Shown: piece after piece, positions 63,932 through 64,000 of the stretch | Layout: the number at the start of each line of letters is the position of its first letter | How positions within the stretch are numbered: position 1 is the stretch's first letter | NCBI GenBank assembly: GCA_902538565.1 | Contig: CACBFQ010000001.1 | Coordinates: forward strand, 195,451-259,450 | Source: an uncultured Fidelibacterota bacterium | GTDB lineage: Bacteria > Fidelibacterota > Marinisomatia > Marinisomatales > Marinisomataceae | Length of the DNA stretch: 64,000 nucleotides | Direction of reading: 5' to 3' | Program-made: the position numbers and the translations under genes | Notes under the pieces: model-generated | The model's database searches: none | What the model was told of the DNA's origin: nothing | The model's input: the letters and a program-made list of their open reading frames with translations, nothing else

Positions 63932-64000
63932 TTAAAAAATGTAATTCCTAACGCATCCAAGCTTAGAGCAAAAAATGCTACTGTTCCTGCTTTCAAATGA
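63928..64000 (-). CDS. C-terminus of a membrane protein (partial)
   Basis: ...HLKAGTVAFFALSLDALGITFFK*; GTGA overlap with the YceI start. Confidence 0.5.
   Translation of the reverse strand, partial: HLKAGTVAFFALSLDALGITFFK

Overview
AT-rich (roughly 30% GC by eye), densely packed bacterial window, most likely Marinimicrobia (SAR406/Marinisomatota): the 16S contains CACCCGTTCGCCAGTTTA, which I recall as the SAR406-97 probe site. In order it holds: tsaE-tsaB; a full minus-strand rRNA operon (16S, tRNA-Ile, tRNA-Ala, 23S, 5S); nupC and tig; a TetR-led beta-oxidation operon with a palindromic operator; rpe-tkt-rpiB; a 14.5 kb alternative complex III plus A2-type caa3 oxidase and heme A synthesis cluster; a DASS transporter and USP; tpx and Fe-SOD; a TonB receptor with a lipoprotein; thiN; class I aldolase and glpX; an HMA-MauE/SCO pair; tRNA-Lys; an 8-gene YHYH-to-NiSOD-DUF6580 run; queCEDF; and a surface-glycan cluster (GT2, two GT90, TagF-like, TagD). 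The strongest candidate for an undescribed system is a possible phosphate-starvation lipid-remodelling locus: a PlcP-like phosphoesterase, an MJ1255/VC2487 glycosyltransferase, PPK2 and a Nudix hydrolase, with similar 11-bp-period repeats upstream of both promoters. I also found three small membrane ORFs missing from the ORF track and many apparently leaderless genes. No CRISPR array, integrase, IS or prophage was seen. All calls come from motif recognition by eye; no searches were run.
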